Counted from the stretch's first letter, positions 9,104 through 19,903 are shown. The stretch is DNA of 62,946 nt from Pirellula sp. (GCA_031361585.1 JANLRK010000672.1:1-62946); one strand, 5' to 3'. The notes: generated from the letters alone by a model not told the origin. Numbers and translations: made by a program.

Positions 9104-10882
9104 CTACTTCAGAATCATATCCTCTACCGTCTTACCACCTGGAATCATGGGCAATACATGCTCCTGGAAAGGGACCTCGACATCCAAAACAAACGGCCCT
9201 GGGTAGCTGATCATTTCCTGCAACGCGGCGTCCAAGTCCTTCTTTTTGCTGACCGTGGCAGCACCGCAACCGTATCCCTTCGCAATCTGGACAAAGTTGG
9301 GGTATCGCTTGGCGGCATAGGAATGGGCTACCGTCGATCCTGGCCCACGCGCTTCTTCGTCATCGATAGGTCCCAAATAAGTATGAGCTCGATTGGAGCC
9401 TTCGAATCGATCCTCCCACTGCACCACCATACCTAGGTGCTGATTGTTTAACAGCAACACCTTCACCGGCAACTTTTCGCAATGCAACGTTGCCAGCTCT
9501 TGTATATTCATTTGGAAGGAACCGTCCCCGTCGATATCGATCACCAATGCCCCCGGATGCGCGGCTTGGATTCCCATAGCGGCAGGCAACCCAAATCCCA
9601 TCGTTCCAAGTCCGCTACTGCTCATCCACGTACGGGGCTTTCGGAACTGAAAGAACTGTGCAGCCCACATTTGATGCTGGCCTACTCCGACCGAAACGAA
9701 CGTATCTCGGTTTTTGGTCATATTCGACAACGTTCGAATCGCATGCTGTTGAAGAATACCGTCAAACGCTTCGTCGTAGGCAAATGGATGTTTGGCTTTT
9801 TGAGCTTTGCATGTTGCCACCCAGGCCGAAATTTCGTCCGGCTTCTCGACGATTTTATTCAATTCCTTGAGCACGTATTTAACATCACTTCGAACCGATA
9901 TGTGAGCAACTTTATTCTTGTTTAGCTCAGAAGCGTCGATGTCGACGTGAATGATTTTTGCGTTCTTAGCAAACGAAGCCAATTGTCCAGTGACGCGATC
10001 ATCGAATCGAACACCCAATGCAATCAGAAGATCACAATCTCTAACCGAATAATTAGCGTAAGCGCTTCCATGCATACCGAGCATGTCCAACGACAATGGG
10101 CCATCTGCTGGATAAAGCCCAAGCCCCATTACGGTCATCGTGATTGGAATGCCTGTCTTTTCAATCAGCTCGCGTAGTTCTAGGTGAGCTTCACCGGTGA
10201 CAAGTCCACCACCGCAATAAAGTACCGGGCGCTTACTATGCTTGATCGCTGCAGCTATTTGCCTGATTTGCTCCGCTTTTGCGTTCGGGTACTTGGAGGG
10301 TTGATAGCCAGGCAAATCCATCGGAACATCCCAGTCTACCTCGCAGCTACTCATTTGAACGTCTTTAGGCATATCTACTAAAACCGGCCCAGGTCGGCCT
10401 GTGGTCGCGATATGGAATGCCTCCTTCATAACGCGAGGAACGTCTTCCACCCGGGTTACTAGGTAGTGGTGTTTGGTAATGCCCCGGCAAACCTCAACAA
10501 TCGGCGTCTCTTGAAATGCATCCGTGCCGATTACCTTGGTAGGAACTTGGCCGGTTATGGCCAACAAAGGGATACTGTCGAGTTTCGCATCCGCGATGCT
10601 CGTCACCAAATTGGTCGCACCCGGACCACTTGTCGCCATCACTACGCCGATTTTACCGGTCGATCTGGCATATCCCTGTGCCGCAAAAGCGCCCCCTTGC
10701 TCGTGACGCGGGAGAATGGTCCTTAGCCGATCTTCATAGCGTGTAAGTGCTTGATGCATCGGCATGCTGCACCCTCCAGGGTACGCGAAAATGACTTCAA
10801 CGCCATGATCCACTAGGGATTTAACCACAATTTCGGCACCGGTCATGACTGTGGTTGATTGGCGGTTGGAAACGGAAGCCAT
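9104..10882 (-). CDS. ilvB: Acetolactate synthase large subunit (biosynthetic)
   Basis: [51 protein letters not shown], ThDP motif [14 protein letters not shown]; AGGAG RBS. Confidence 0.95.
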   Translation of the reverse strand: MASVSNRQSTTVMTGAEIVVKSLVDHGVEVIFAYPGGCSMPMHQALTRYEDRLRTILPRHEQGGAFAAQGYARSTGKIGVVMATSGPGATNLVTSIADAKLDSIPLLAITGQVPTKVIGTDAFQETPIVEVCRGITKHHYLVTRVEDVPRVMKEAFHIATTGRPGPVLVDMPKDVQMSSCEVDWDVPMDLPGYQPSKYPNAKAEQIRQIAAAIKHSKRPVLYCGGGLVTGEAHLELRELIEKTGIPITMTVMGLGLYPADGPLSLDMLGMHGSAYANYSVRDCDLLIALGVRFDDRVTGQLASFAKNAKIIHVDIDASELNKNKVAHISVRSDVKYVLKELNKIVEKPDEISAWVATCKAQKAKHPFAYDEAFDGILQQHAIRTLSNMTKNRDTFVSVGVGQHQMWAAQFFQFRKPRTWMSSSGLGTMGFGLPAAMGIQAAHPGALVIDIDGDGSFQMNIQELATLHCEKLPVKVLLLNNQHLGMVVQWEDRFEGSNRAHTYLGPIDDEEARGPGSTVAHSYAAKRYPNFVQIAKGYGCGAATVSKKKDLDAALQEMISYPGPFVLDVEVPFQEHVLPMIPGGKTVEDMILK

Positions 10883-11007
10883 TCGCTTTCTCTCCTAAAA
10901 CTGTTTTCTAACAGTCTGAAAAAATGGGGTCGTCTGAAATGAACTCGCGGCTTCGAACCGTGAATCGTCGATTTTGCAAGGATTTCTCAATGTATCTACG
11001 ACAACGA

Positions 11008-11016
11008 AGTATAGCA
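11008..11016 (-). promoter_or_regulatory. Candidate extended -10 sigma70 promoter (TGcTATACT) for ilvB
   Basis: The minus strand reads TGCTATACT about 125 bp upstream of the ilvB start. Confidence 0.4.
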
Positions 11017-11363
11017 CGGGGTTCGGTGATCGTCGATTGAACACAAGGCTGCATTAGCATGTTTAATGACGGTCTCGACAATGTTCCTATTACGGCCTCG
11101 CGACGAGAAGGAGGAGCTATTACCAAGTTTGGCAGAAAAATGGCAGGTAAAAAATGGCTCCGAAGATTTCTTTGCTTTGGCTCCTGCGTTTGCCAACTAT
11201 CTTGTATCGATGCGGAGCCATCCTTGGCGATCGACGCTTCGATCACGTCTTTGTTTATCACAATGGAAGCCCAGTCATACTATGGTGCTAGGGGATTCCG
11301 AGGCTCGCTAAGGGTCTAGGTTCGCGCCGATCAAAGAGCCTCAGTTGCCATGCGGTTCGAGTT

Positions 11364-12053
11364 TCATAGTTTTGCATGAGGCAGAATAAGTGTCTTTCCA
11401 TCGAAACTGGATACCAAGCTTCGAATTGCATTCTCCTGCTCCTCTAGAGACTTTTCGGCAGCCTTTTTTACGCGTGCTTCGGCTTGCGAGAGAAAGATAC
11501 GTGAAATTAAAACATCCACAGTCATAGCCATTGATAGCTTCACTTCCGTCCCATGACTCGCTCGTACGGAATCCAGTGTTGTGTTGTAAGCTTTCAGTTC
11601 ACCAGCCGGTTGATCCGATACGGTATGAACTTGAATGCTATCTTGGTGGATTTGGCAGTCTTGACTTAGCAACAATTCGGTGGCGTTCACTTGTGGGTCG
11701 TTTAGTTGCACCGTTAGGCGTTTGATCGCGGAAACATTCGCTTTTGATTTGCCCCGTAACGCATTTCGGAGTGGACGGGAGTCATTTGACAGGTCAATGT
11801 CAACGGCATCGGTGTTTTCATGGATGAGTTTCATCCCGCTGTGTTCGAGTATGGCAGCGGTTGCATCTGTCCGAACGAGGATTTGCCGGAACTTATCGAA
11901 ATCAATGTCCATCGTAAAACTTCTTTCGGCGACGCCATGAACGGCATGTTCACTTCTGGAAAGCACCCATACAGCGAAGCCGATACCGCCTATGAGAGCG
12001 ATTGCAATCCACCAGCCGATGCCAATCGCGGCATTTCGAATCGGACTAATCAT
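11364..12053 (-). CDS. Hypothetical membrane-anchored protein
   Basis: 229-aa ORF with one N-terminal TM helix; preceded by a sigma54 motif. Confidence 0.7.
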   Translation of the reverse strand: MISPIRNAAIGIGWWIAIALIGGIGFAVWVLSRSEHAVHGVAERSFTMDIDFDKFRQILVRTDATAAILEHSGMKLIHENTDAVDIDLSNDSRPLRNALRGKSKANVSAIKRLTVQLNDPQVNATELLLSQDCQIHQDSIQVHTVSDQPAGELKAYNTTLDSVRASHGTEVKLSMAMTVDVLISRIFLSQAEARVKKAAEKSLEEQENAIRSLVSSFDGKTLILPHAKL

Positions 12054-12100
12054 AATTCACTTCTGACATTAACGTTAAGATTTGACTTGAGCGTTTTGAG

Positions 12101-12247
12101 CGTCGATCTTAAGCTCGGCCGCGAGACACTTTCGCTAGCGTTCCCTGGTCGCGGAATGCGTCAAGCATTTCGTTGGCGTCCAGCATTCACGAAAGCTTTG
12201 ACAGCTTCCGTTACGATTTAAATCGGCCCGCCTTAAGATCGACGCCG
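12101..12247 (-). repeat. 147-bp nested-palindrome (MITE/REPIN-like) element, copy 1
   Basis: Reverse complement of 60338-60484 with 5 mismatches by manual alignment; terminal GCGTCGATCTTAAG...CTTAAGATCGACGC. Confidence 0.9.
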
Positions 12248-12264
12248 CGTGCCCCCTTAACAAA

Positions 12265-12279
12265 GCGATTCGCGTGCCA
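12265..12279 (-). promoter_or_regulatory. sigma54 -24/-12 promoter motif
   Basis: Minus strand TGGCACGCGAATCGC = GG-N10-GC, pointing at 11364-12053. Confidence 0.7.
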
Positions 12280-12411
12280 TCACTGAGATCTCGATTCCAT
12301 TTTGTTAGGAATTGTCAGTGTCCGATGATTTTTAGACGGTATTTTCCTGAGGTATGAAATAGAACCGTTTTAGCGAGTCGTCAGAAATCAAGATGATCGC
12401 AAATCGAACGA

Positions 12412-14151
12412 TTACATCGCGCCCGGAACGGACAATCGCGATGTCGAAAGAAGAATGTACTTTCGTTGAATGGCGGCGAGAATCAGTGTTTTAGATTCCG
12501 CTACCGACATTTCGCCACGGCCTGCAATCAATTCCGTTTCTGCAGCGAGGTTCTCATCGTTAATACAATCCCGAAACCAATGGCTAAAGTCATTTCTCCC
12601 AAAGTGAAAAAGCCATGTCTCGTCGTCTATGCCCTCGGCCAATTGACAAAAGACAATTAGATTTTGAGCTCGTAGATTGAGCGACCCATTCGGACCTCGG
12701 AAGTAGAAGCATTTTTCAGCCGACAACTGCCCTTCCGCATACTTCCTACGATGTCTGTTATGTTCACGGTCACTCTTGAATGCGCGAAGCCGAAGTGGGC
12801 ATTTCGAATCGGCTATTTTCCAAAACCACACTTCGCCCACCTCCAAATGGGGCTCCGATAAATGAGGAGTATCCCTATTAGACCCAATTCCAAAATCAAG
12901 CATCGTTTGTTCAGCGTCTTGTCCTACAATCGCAACCACTTCGACACGTTGAACCACGGCCATCGGGAGCGAACTAGCATTGAGAGTAATAAGTACCACG
13001 TTTGTCCAATCGGCCGGCAGCAGTTCGGTCGGAGGTTTCCAATTAGCAGGCATCAAATGATGTGCTTCGTCTAAAATTAGCCAATGCGGTCGACCAGTTT
13101 TTGTTCGAAGCTGATTCAGTTGTCCGAGAAGTTGTAAGAAAAAGGTGGGGCGATCAGGGATTGCAATGCCGGTTAAGCAAATCACAACATTGGAATCGGG
13201 CCGTTCCAGAGCATGCATGGCCTCGTCAATTTGTGGCGCCGCGTTTGGCCCGCCCAATACGACTGCACCTTGGAATGATTCGAAGTCGCCCTCTGGGTCT
13301 ACGAGACAGAACTGACATTCATTCTCCATTACTGCATCAACAACTCGATTAGCCAACGTGGATTTTCCACTCCCTGAGGGCCCACAAATCAACACGGGAC
13401 CTCCAAAGGACGGTAAACACACTTCTTGATTATCACAAGTCCCAACCAACAGGCGGCGATTTCCAGTCAACTGTGGAAAGGAACTAAGATCACTATCGAT
13501 GATGTGATCGATCAGTTCAACAACTCCAGATCCATGGTCCTTCGTCAAAACGAGGTCCACAGCCGTCTTAAGCGCAGGCAGAGCATTTGCGGTGACCGCT
13601 GAGAACTCGCATTCTTTCAAAAACGCGTGGTCATTTTCCGCGTCCCCTACTCCGACCGTATTGTGGGTCGACAAACCCATCTCGAACAATACGCGGCGAA
13701 GCCCAGATGCTTTGTTTATTCCGGGAGGCAGGACCATGACAGCCCCTTTATTGAAAACGACATGAAGTTCCAAACCCAGATCGCGAATTGTATCCAAGAC
13801 AATGTTCTCGTGGGGGTGCCACGTAGCCACGATACACTGCCCGACGGAAATTCCGGCGACGCCTCGTTGCTTAAGCCTTTCAACAAAGGAGAGTGGTGCA
13901 GCTGCGCCCAGCAAGATTTCGCGATCCGTTGAGGGGTCGTACAATAAACCTCCATTTTCTGCGACGACCCAGTGAAATAAATTTAGCTCGACAAAGACTG
14001 CCTTGAGCGCGGGTAGTTCCCGCCCTGTAACCAATACCATTTTTCGACCTGAGTCCGCCAGTCGGTGTAGGGCGCTGACGGTGTCTTTATCTACGCGCCC
14101 GTTGTGCGCTAAGGTGCCATCAAAGTCCGTGGCTAATACGTGGTAGCGCAT
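12412..14151 (-). CDS. HAD-IIB hydrolase / P-loop ATPase (HerA/DUF87-like) / C-terminal DUF5752-like fusion; start reassigned to ATG 14151
   Basis: DFDGTL, VTGR, GINKASG, GVGDAEND (HAD); GPSGSGKST, VDPEGDF, LILDEAHH (ATPase); FYF...A.NL..F.......FH..RNDFS.W C-terminus; GGAG RBS before 14151. Confidence 0.85.
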   Translation of the reverse strand: MRYHVLATDFDGTLAHNGRVDKDTVSALHRLADSGRKMVLVTGRELPALKAVFVELNLFHWVVAENGGLLYDPSTDREILLGAAAPLSFVERLKQRGVAGISVGQCIVATWHPHENIVLDTIRDLGLELHVVFNKGAVMVLPPGINKASGLRRVLFEMGLSTHNTVGVGDAENDHAFLKECEFSAVTANALPALKTAVDLVLTKDHGSGVVELIDHIIDSDLSSFPQLTGNRRLLVGTCDNQEVCLPSFGGPVLICGPSGSGKSTLANRVVDAVMENECQFCLVDPEGDFESFQGAVVLGGPNAAPQIDEAMHALERPDSNVVICLTGIAIPDRPTFFLQLLGQLNQLRTKTGRPHWLILDEAHHLMPANWKPPTELLPADWTNVVLITLNASSLPMAVVQRVEVVAIVGQDAEQTMLDFGIGSNRDTPHLSEPHLEVGEVWFWKIADSKCPLRLRAFKSDREHNRHRRKYAEGQLSAEKCFYFRGPNGSLNLRAQNLIVFCQLAEGIDDETWLFHFGRNDFSHWFRDCINDENLAAETELIAGRGEMSVAESKTLILAAIQRKYILLSTSRLSVPGAM

Positions 14152-14345
14152 TTTAATTCTCCCAGTTTGACCAACTAACGTCATGCAACATTGGTCCGTA
14201 TTTGGACGCATGCTGCAACCACAGTGAAGGGTTCGCGTGTCAAACACCAAATGCATCTCGCGGACCATTCGACAAAGAAAGATAGATCTTCGTTTTTTTT
14301 GGACGAACAAACCATTGCGCGTGCTTCAGAAGAATAGGTAGTACT

Positions 14346-14360
14346 CGGCACAACGGTTGC
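14346..14360 (+). promoter_or_regulatory. sigma54 -24/-12 promoter motif
   Basis: CGGCACAACGGTTGC = GG-N10-GC, 60 bp upstream of 14421. Confidence 0.7.
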
Positions 14361-14420
14361 TTAGTCGGTAGAGTAGACCTTTTTTCTTTTTTTAACCTAA
14401 ATTCAACAGCGAGATGACTG

Positions 14421-14906
14421 ATGAGCGACCACAATGCGACCGAATTTTTAGACTTCTGTCGGAAATTCGACCATGCCATGCTGGTCACTCATAGCCCCCA
14501 AGGCCTCATTGCCAGACCGATGATGATTGCTGAAATTGATCCACTTGGTTACTTCTGGTTTTCCACGGACGTAGCTTCGGGAAAGGTGGAAGAAATCAAG
14601 AGCAATCCAGAAGTCTGCATCACTATGTCTGGAGCAACGGGACACGCAACGGTTCGCGGCAATGCGATTGTCGTTCAAGATCTAGCGAAGATCGTAGACC
14701 TATGGAGCGAAACCTGGCGCGTTTGGTTTCCCAACGGTCCCATTGATTCTAGCTTGGTCTTGATTAAAGTTGATGCAATGGAGGGGGAATTCTGGGCCAC
14801 TTCAGGCATTCAAGGATGGAAGTACCTATTTACAATGGTGAAGTCATACGTGCGGGGCGAACGACCAAAGGTGGATACTAGTGTGCATCGAGCAGTTAAA
14901 CTTTGA
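14421..14906 (+). CDS. General stress protein 26 / pyridoxamine-5'-phosphate-oxidase-like FMN-binding protein
   Basis: AMLVT, ARPM, WF.T...SGKVEEI..NPEV, LWS..W.VWFP.GP.D..LVLIKV....GEFW. Confidence 0.88.
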   Translation: MSDHNATEFLDFCRKFDHAMLVTHSPQGLIARPMMIAEIDPLGYFWFSTDVASGKVEEIKSNPEVCITMSGATGHATVRGNAIVVQDLAKIVDLWSETWRVWFPNGPIDSSLVLIKVDAMEGEFWATSGIQGWKYLFTMVKSYVRGERPKVDTSVHRAVKL

Positions 14907-14912
14907 TCGTTG

Positions 14913-17252
14913 TCAGTCAACTTTTAATAAATGTCCTGACGAGAGTCTTTCAAAAAAGTCTCGCAGTTTCGCGATGTCGACCGGCTTAACCATATGTTCG
15001 TTGAATCCCGAATCTCGGGATTGCTTACGATCCGACAACTGCCCATAACCCGACATTGCTACGAGGTATGTATTCGCAAGATTTGGCTGACTTCGAATCC
15101 TTGTCGCTAAGTCGTATCCCGTCATACCAGGCATTGAGATATCTGAAAAAACTACCTCGGGAGTAACCTCGGTTATCGACTCCAACGCGGAGAGACCGTC
15201 TTCCGCAACTCTTACGCGGTGCCCAAGTTTTTCTAAGAGTCGGGCCATAATCGTTCGCAATGCCCTCATGTCCTCAACGACGAGTACTTGGAAAGTGCGG
15301 TTAGCAATGGGCCATTCCTTTGTCGGCTCCTCTTCAATCGGCTCTACATGTACGTCTACCAGCGGAATCCGGACCGTAAAAAGACTACCCTGTCCAACTC
15401 CCTTGCTTTCCGCGATGACAGTACCGCGATGCAGCTCAACAAGTGTCTTGACAAGCGTCAATCCGATTCCAAGTCCGGCCTGACCACGGCCAAGTGAATC
15501 ATCTACTTGAGCAAACATTTGGAAAATCTCATCCAATCGGTCGGCTGAGATACCGATTCCATTGTCACTTATCGACAAGACGGCAGAGCCATGTTCGCCA
15601 TCCTCAGAGTCGACTGCCAGTGTTAGGTGTATGTCACCACCCGGATCAGTGTACCTCGATGAGTTGTTCAACAGATTTGTGACAACTTGAGTTATTCTGG
15701 CCGGATCAACGTTGACTTGCACTTCTCGGTCACAAATGTCCAGTTGCAGTTTCTGCCCTTTATCTTGAATGAACGTGCCGGATGCCTCGATCGCCGACTG
15801 GATAGCGGTACGTAAATCAACTATCTCTCGGTGGAGAATGATCTTTCCACGACCAATTCGCGATACGTCTAACAAATCATCGATCAACCGAATTACGTGG
15901 ACCACTTGGCGATCCAGCAACGCTCGTAACTCTTCATTCTCTGGGCTTAGCGAGGACATTGCCAGCAGATCAATTGCGTTTCGAATTGGAGCCAGCGGGT
16001 TTCTCAATTCATGTGCCAGAGTGGCCATAAACTCACTCATGCGACGACTCGATTCCGATTGCTTTGCAGCTAAGGCCACTAATTCATCCTCATCTCGCTT
16101 TTGTTCGGTAAGGTCTCGCATCACCTTACTAAAACCAACAACGTTACCCTGGCCGTCTCTGACCGCGCTCGTTATCCCCGACGCCCAAAAACGCGTTCCC
16201 CCTTTTCGCATCATCCAGCGGTCGTCGCTTGCGCTCCCTAACTCGGCTGCCGTTTCAAATTCAGTCCTGGGAATGCCCAGCTCGATCGCTTCGGGAACGA
16301 AAATCAATTGACGAATATCCTGGCCAATGAAGTCCGCTTCTTCGAATCCAAGAACTTCTAACACGCCGTTGTTCCAAGTGGTCGCGCGACAGTTCTCATC
16401 CATTGCAAAGATAGCATAGTCTTTCACTTGCTCGACGAACGAACGCATGTATTGATCCATGCGTCTGTTGTCTATTTCGAGACGGCGAATTCGATCCAAA
16501 CTAGCTTGCAATCGCATTTGTTCCGCGCGGATAATGTCCGCCGCTCGCTCAGCCCGTCTCCGATTATGTTGCAGTAGGTACACAACGCTAACTACCAAAG
16601 CTAGTCCTGCAATCGTTGAGACCATCCCCACCGCGAGAGCTGTCCAGTACGTTGCCGCTGCTGCCACCTCGCGTTCGGCCACGGAACGCATTTCCAATGC
16701 ACGGATGTCGCTAATTGAGGCATGAATCGAATCCATGGTTCCTTTTTCCAAATTGTTAGAAAAAAGCGATTGTGCCGCCGTGAAGCCTTCATTGCGACGA
16801 ACATCCATGGTCGTGTTGAGCTCCGTAAGTTTTTGCTCAATTTGCCCTTTCAAAGTCGCTAACTTGGACGACTCGAGTGGGCTAGTTCGCGTCAAGAGAA
16901 TTAATTCCGCTAGCTTCCCATTTATTCTCGGAACAGTCTCGCGATCGCGATCTGACAAAAATTCGCCGCCGATTAAAATGTATCCCCTTTGCCCGGATTC
17001 CGCGGACTGGAGCATCGATTCGATATTTTCAAGATTGGTTAGAAGTTTGTGCGACTCCTCGACTAAGTTCGTGTGCGATCGAAGTTGCTGTGTGTAATAC
17101 GAACCCGCGATTCCACTTCCAACTAGCAGTAAGACTACAGCACCGAGAGCAATGCGGTCACCCACGACACGACGCTGTTCGCCCCGAAGAAGATCTTCCG
17201 AAAGCTCAGCAGCCGTACTTGGCTCGCCTTGAGTTATTTTTGGATTTACCAT
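14913..17252 (-). CDS. Hybrid sensor histidine kinase (TM-CHASE3-TM-PAS-HisKA-HATPase-REC); start reassigned to ATG 17252
   Basis: SAESGQRGY (CHASE3), LAHELRNPLAPI, NLLNNS.RY, DNGIG, GLGIGL, VEDM/FSDISMPGMTG/KP; AGGAGG RBS. Confidence 0.92.
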   Translation of the reverse strand: MVNPKITQGEPSTAAELSEDLLRGEQRRVVGDRIALGAVVLLLVGSGIAGSYYTQQLRSHTNLVEESHKLLTNLENIESMLQSAESGQRGYILIGGEFLSDRDRETVPRINGKLAELILLTRTSPLESSKLATLKGQIEQKLTELNTTMDVRRNEGFTAAQSLFSNNLEKGTMDSIHASISDIRALEMRSVAEREVAAAATYWTALAVGMVSTIAGLALVVSVVYLLQHNRRRAERAADIIRAEQMRLQASLDRIRRLEIDNRRMDQYMRSFVEQVKDYAIFAMDENCRATTWNNGVLEVLGFEEADFIGQDIRQLIFVPEAIELGIPRTEFETAAELGSASDDRWMMRKGGTRFWASGITSAVRDGQGNVVGFSKVMRDLTEQKRDEDELVALAAKQSESSRRMSEFMATLAHELRNPLAPIRNAIDLLAMSSLSPENEELRALLDRQVVHVIRLIDDLLDVSRIGRGKIILHREIVDLRTAIQSAIEASGTFIQDKGQKLQLDICDREVQVNVDPARITQVVTNLLNNSSRYTDPGGDIHLTLAVDSEDGEHGSAVLSISDNGIGISADRLDEIFQMFAQVDDSLGRGQAGLGIGLTLVKTLVELHRGTVIAESKGVGQGSLFTVRIPLVDVHVEPIEEEPTKEWPIANRTFQVLVVEDMRALRTIMARLLEKLGHRVRVAEDGLSALESITEVTPEVVFSDISMPGMTGYDLATRIRSQPNLANTYLVAMSGYGQLSDRKQSRDSGFNEHMVKPVDIAKLRDFFERLSSGHLLKVD

Positions 17253-17482
17253 GCGAAGCCTCCTTTTTGTTTTTCGTAAGAACCGGCAAAAAAATGCTTG
17301 CCACTGAGTCGTGAAAGGTCGAACCATCCAAGGAATGGCAGATAATTTTGACACTTCTCGGCGAACGCCACCTCGGTGAAGCGGTTGTTGCGGACTAAGT
17401 CAAGCATTTCGTTGGTTGCCGAAGTAGGCAACACCTCCCTCGAAACCTTTACGAATAGCCATGTGAGATTCAAAATTAGGTG

Positions 17483-19390
17483 TCAAGGCATGACCGAGGC
17501 TAGTTCGTGTATCTCATTCTTTCCAATTGGATCAGCATCTGCAGCTCCTACGCTTTCAACAATCGCACTCGGAGATTGTATTGGATTCTCATCAGGCTCG
17601 TGAAGTGATAAAGCAGCATAACTGACAATGCGACACACGGAATGCAGGCGGTGCGAAGCGTATTCTACACCTGCCTCCTTTAGCCTCGTTCGCAGGCTGC
17701 CTGGGAGCGTCCGAACTCGCCAATTTCCGACTGCAATCCATCCAGTGAAACCCTCTTTTCGGAGTCTTTTGGCGAATCGTTCGATGAGTTCCCAAGGATT
17801 GTTCGGCAGTGAACTTATAAGAACAATGGAATAGTTGCCTTTCAATATCTGAAAGACCGTCTTTGCATCGAGGCTGTGGCCAAGTGACCACTTTATTTTA
17901 TGGTCAGAGACTTCTATCGCTCGGAGAGCTGCGTCGGTTCTGTTGCCGCATAGACTTATGCCAAAAGCCAGTGGTCCCTTTTGAAGTCTGGCCCCATCCT
18001 TTGATTCTTCTGGCTTGACTTCAGCGTTTGCTTGTGTGGAGACTGCAACTGCGTCATCCATCAGTTTCCAAATCAAACAATCATTGCGTTGATTCACTTG
18101 GCGATGCAATTCTGAAGTGATTACATTGCTCTTTAGCTCGCGGTCCGCATGAGCCATGCTTCGAATCGCAACTTTGTCTACCACAAACGGCAAGCCTCGT
18201 TTACTGCAGACCGATTTCAAAAGCGACTCAGCTTCATTGATATCGTTCGCCAATAGGCGTTGGAAATAGGCCAAATGATCGGGCAACGCCCGCGCATCCC
18301 CCAACAGAAAATCGAGCGATCGCAAATACGGTAGATGCCTCCCGAGTGTTGCAAGCATAAGGCTCAGCGGTGTAGCCATCATTAAACCGAGTGGTCCCCA
18401 GGCCCAAGTCCAGAACATAATTGCAATCAACAACGCAAATGGATTCATTCCGACGGATTTACCAAAGAGCAATGGCTCCACTAGATTGCATGTGATTACC
18501 TCCAAAGTTAAGTAGACCACCACGACGACCAGCGGTACGAGCCATCCCGGTAAAAAAAGGAGACTTACCGACAGCGGCAGAAGCATTGAGACAAAGCTGC
18601 CAAGCACTGGTACAAAACGAAAAACAAAGGTTACTGCGCCCCAGACGGCTGCATAGGGGACTCCCAAGGCAAACAACACAATTCCAAAGCAAACGGCAAA
18701 ACCAAAATTGACAGACACGAGACCTAAAAGATAGTTGCTCAATCGGCTCGAAGTCTCATTCACGATTTTCGTTACGCTCGTTAGGTGATGATTGCCAAAC
18801 ACCGCCAAGAAGCGGTTTCTGAGGTCCTCTCGGGAAATGAGCATGAATACAACCAAAACAATAACGACAACGGCGGAGGCGATTGGCTCCACGATCGGCA
18901 AAATGATGCTCGGAATGGATGTCAGCCAAGGCATCGTAGAATTTCCCTCAACGAGTGTCACCTTTTGAACATCGTTTGGTTCAACGGATGGATCGTTAAC
19001 ATCAATACTCCCCAACACTTCCTTGGAAATGTCGATGATTTGGCCGACTGTTGAACTTGACCCAGTTCGAAACCCCGACAACTTGGCTTCTATCTCGTGC
19101 TTGTGCTGTGGAAGTTCAGTAACAAGGCGATTCAATTGCGAAGCCAATTGCGCGCCCAAGAGCAAAGTGAGGCACGTGAGAAGTGTGACAATCAGACCAA
19201 CCGCCGTAATTCGACCCACCCCATGTCGTTCAAGCCAACGAACCACTGGCGTTAGAACAAATGCCAGGATGAAACTCAATGACAATGGTGCAAGCAAAGG
19301 CTTTCCCAAAAGTATGATGGAAATGGCCATGCAAAATATTGCCAATACAAGGAAGCTTCTACAAAGCGTTGAGTTTGCCGAGATTTTCAT
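17483..19390 (-). CDS. AI-2E family transporter with C-terminal soluble extension
   Basis: PL.LS.ILAFVLTPVV.WL, REDLRNR, RFVPVLG, NLVEPLLFG.SVG, W.W.WGPLGL..ATP. Confidence 0.88.
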   Translation of the reverse strand: MKISANSTLCRSFLVLAIFCMAISIILLGKPLLAPLSLSFILAFVLTPVVRWLERHGVGRITAVGLIVTLLTCLTLLLGAQLASQLNRLVTELPQHKHEIEAKLSGFRTGSSSTVGQIIDISKEVLGSIDVNDPSVEPNDVQKVTLVEGNSTMPWLTSIPSIILPIVEPIASAVVVIVLVVFMLISREDLRNRFLAVFGNHHLTSVTKIVNETSSRLSNYLLGLVSVNFGFAVCFGIVLFALGVPYAAVWGAVTFVFRFVPVLGSFVSMLLPLSVSLLFLPGWLVPLVVVVVYLTLEVITCNLVEPLLFGKSVGMNPFALLIAIMFWTWAWGPLGLMMATPLSLMLATLGRHLPYLRSLDFLLGDARALPDHLAYFQRLLANDINEAESLLKSVCSKRGLPFVVDKVAIRSMAHADRELKSNVITSELHRQVNQRNDCLIWKLMDDAVAVSTQANAEVKPEESKDGARLQKGPLAFGISLCGNRTDAALRAIEVSDHKIKWSLGHSLDAKTVFQILKGNYSIVLISSLPNNPWELIERFAKRLRKEGFTGWIAVGNWRVRTLPGSLRTRLKEAGVEYASHRLHSVCRIVSYAALSLHEPDENPIQSPSAIVESVGAADADPIGKNEIHELASVMP

Positions 19391-19483
19391 TAGACGATAC
19401 GGTTAAGGCTATGCATTGATCGATTTACCACCACCCTTGTTGTAACCAGGGGGTGGTATGTACCAATAAATGTCGGCAATCGA

Positions 19484-19657
19484 TTAAACTCCAGACCTTC
19501 TTCGCCCAGCGCCCGCGATCAAACTGACCGCAAACAGCACCAAGAAAAGAACAAACAGGATTTTCCCAATCGATGCTGCGCCTGCAGCGATTCCACCGAA
19601 TCCAAGTACAGCCGCGACGATCGCTAAGATAAAAAACGTGAGTGCCCAGTTTAACAT
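19484..19657 (-). CDS. DUF1328 (UPF0391/YtjA-like) small membrane protein; start reassigned to ATG 19657
   Basis: [35 protein letters not shown]; GGAG RBS. Confidence 0.92.
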   Translation of the reverse strand: MLNWALTFFILAIVAAVLGFGGIAAGAASIGKILFVLFLVLFAVSLIAGAGRRRSGV

Positions 19658-19721
19658 TTGAGGCTCCAATACCAGTAAGGATAGTGTTCTTGAAACATTG
19701 ATTACCACCTCTACACGTAAG

Positions 19722-19736
19722 GCAATCGTCGTACCA
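19722..19736 (-). promoter_or_regulatory. sigma54 -24/-12 promoter motif
   Basis: Minus strand TGGTACGACGATTGC = GG-N10-GC, 65 bp upstream of DUF1328. Confidence 0.75.
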
Positions 19737-19888
19737 AGAGTAGACTAGAACCATTATTTGATTTGGTTGCATGATCATCGCACGTTTTGGTCAACGTTCT
19801 TCCTCGCTCGAAGTAAAAATGGTCGTTCATCGCGCACTTCGCTAGTTCTGGCACTGTTTTGCGACGTCGTTCCACCAACTGCCATTTA

Positions 19889-19903
19889 TGGCACGTCGAT
19901 TGC
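19889..19903 (+). promoter_or_regulatory. sigma54 -24/-12 promoter motif (consensus match)
   Basis: TGGCACGTCGATTGC matches TGGCACG-N4-TTGC; upstream of the csbD-like operon. Confidence 0.8.

Noticed and set aside
11131-11157. GGCAGAAAAATGGCAGGTAAAAAATGG as a regulatory element
   Set aside because: Short low-complexity duplication seen once in the window; no function can be supported.
10883-11261. ilvB leader peptide / attenuator (including ORF 10908-11261)
   Set aside because: No short Ile/Leu/Val-rich ORF with terminator-antiterminator pairing could be identified.
14152-14310. N-terminal extensions given by the ORF track (also for 17354, 19708, 33145, 39180, 45748, 61151)
   Set aside because: Family motifs and/or RBS positions point to downstream starts.
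19849-19862. Additional sigma54 motif TGGCACTGTTTTGC
   Set aside because: GG-to-GC spacing is 9 nt rather than the required 10.
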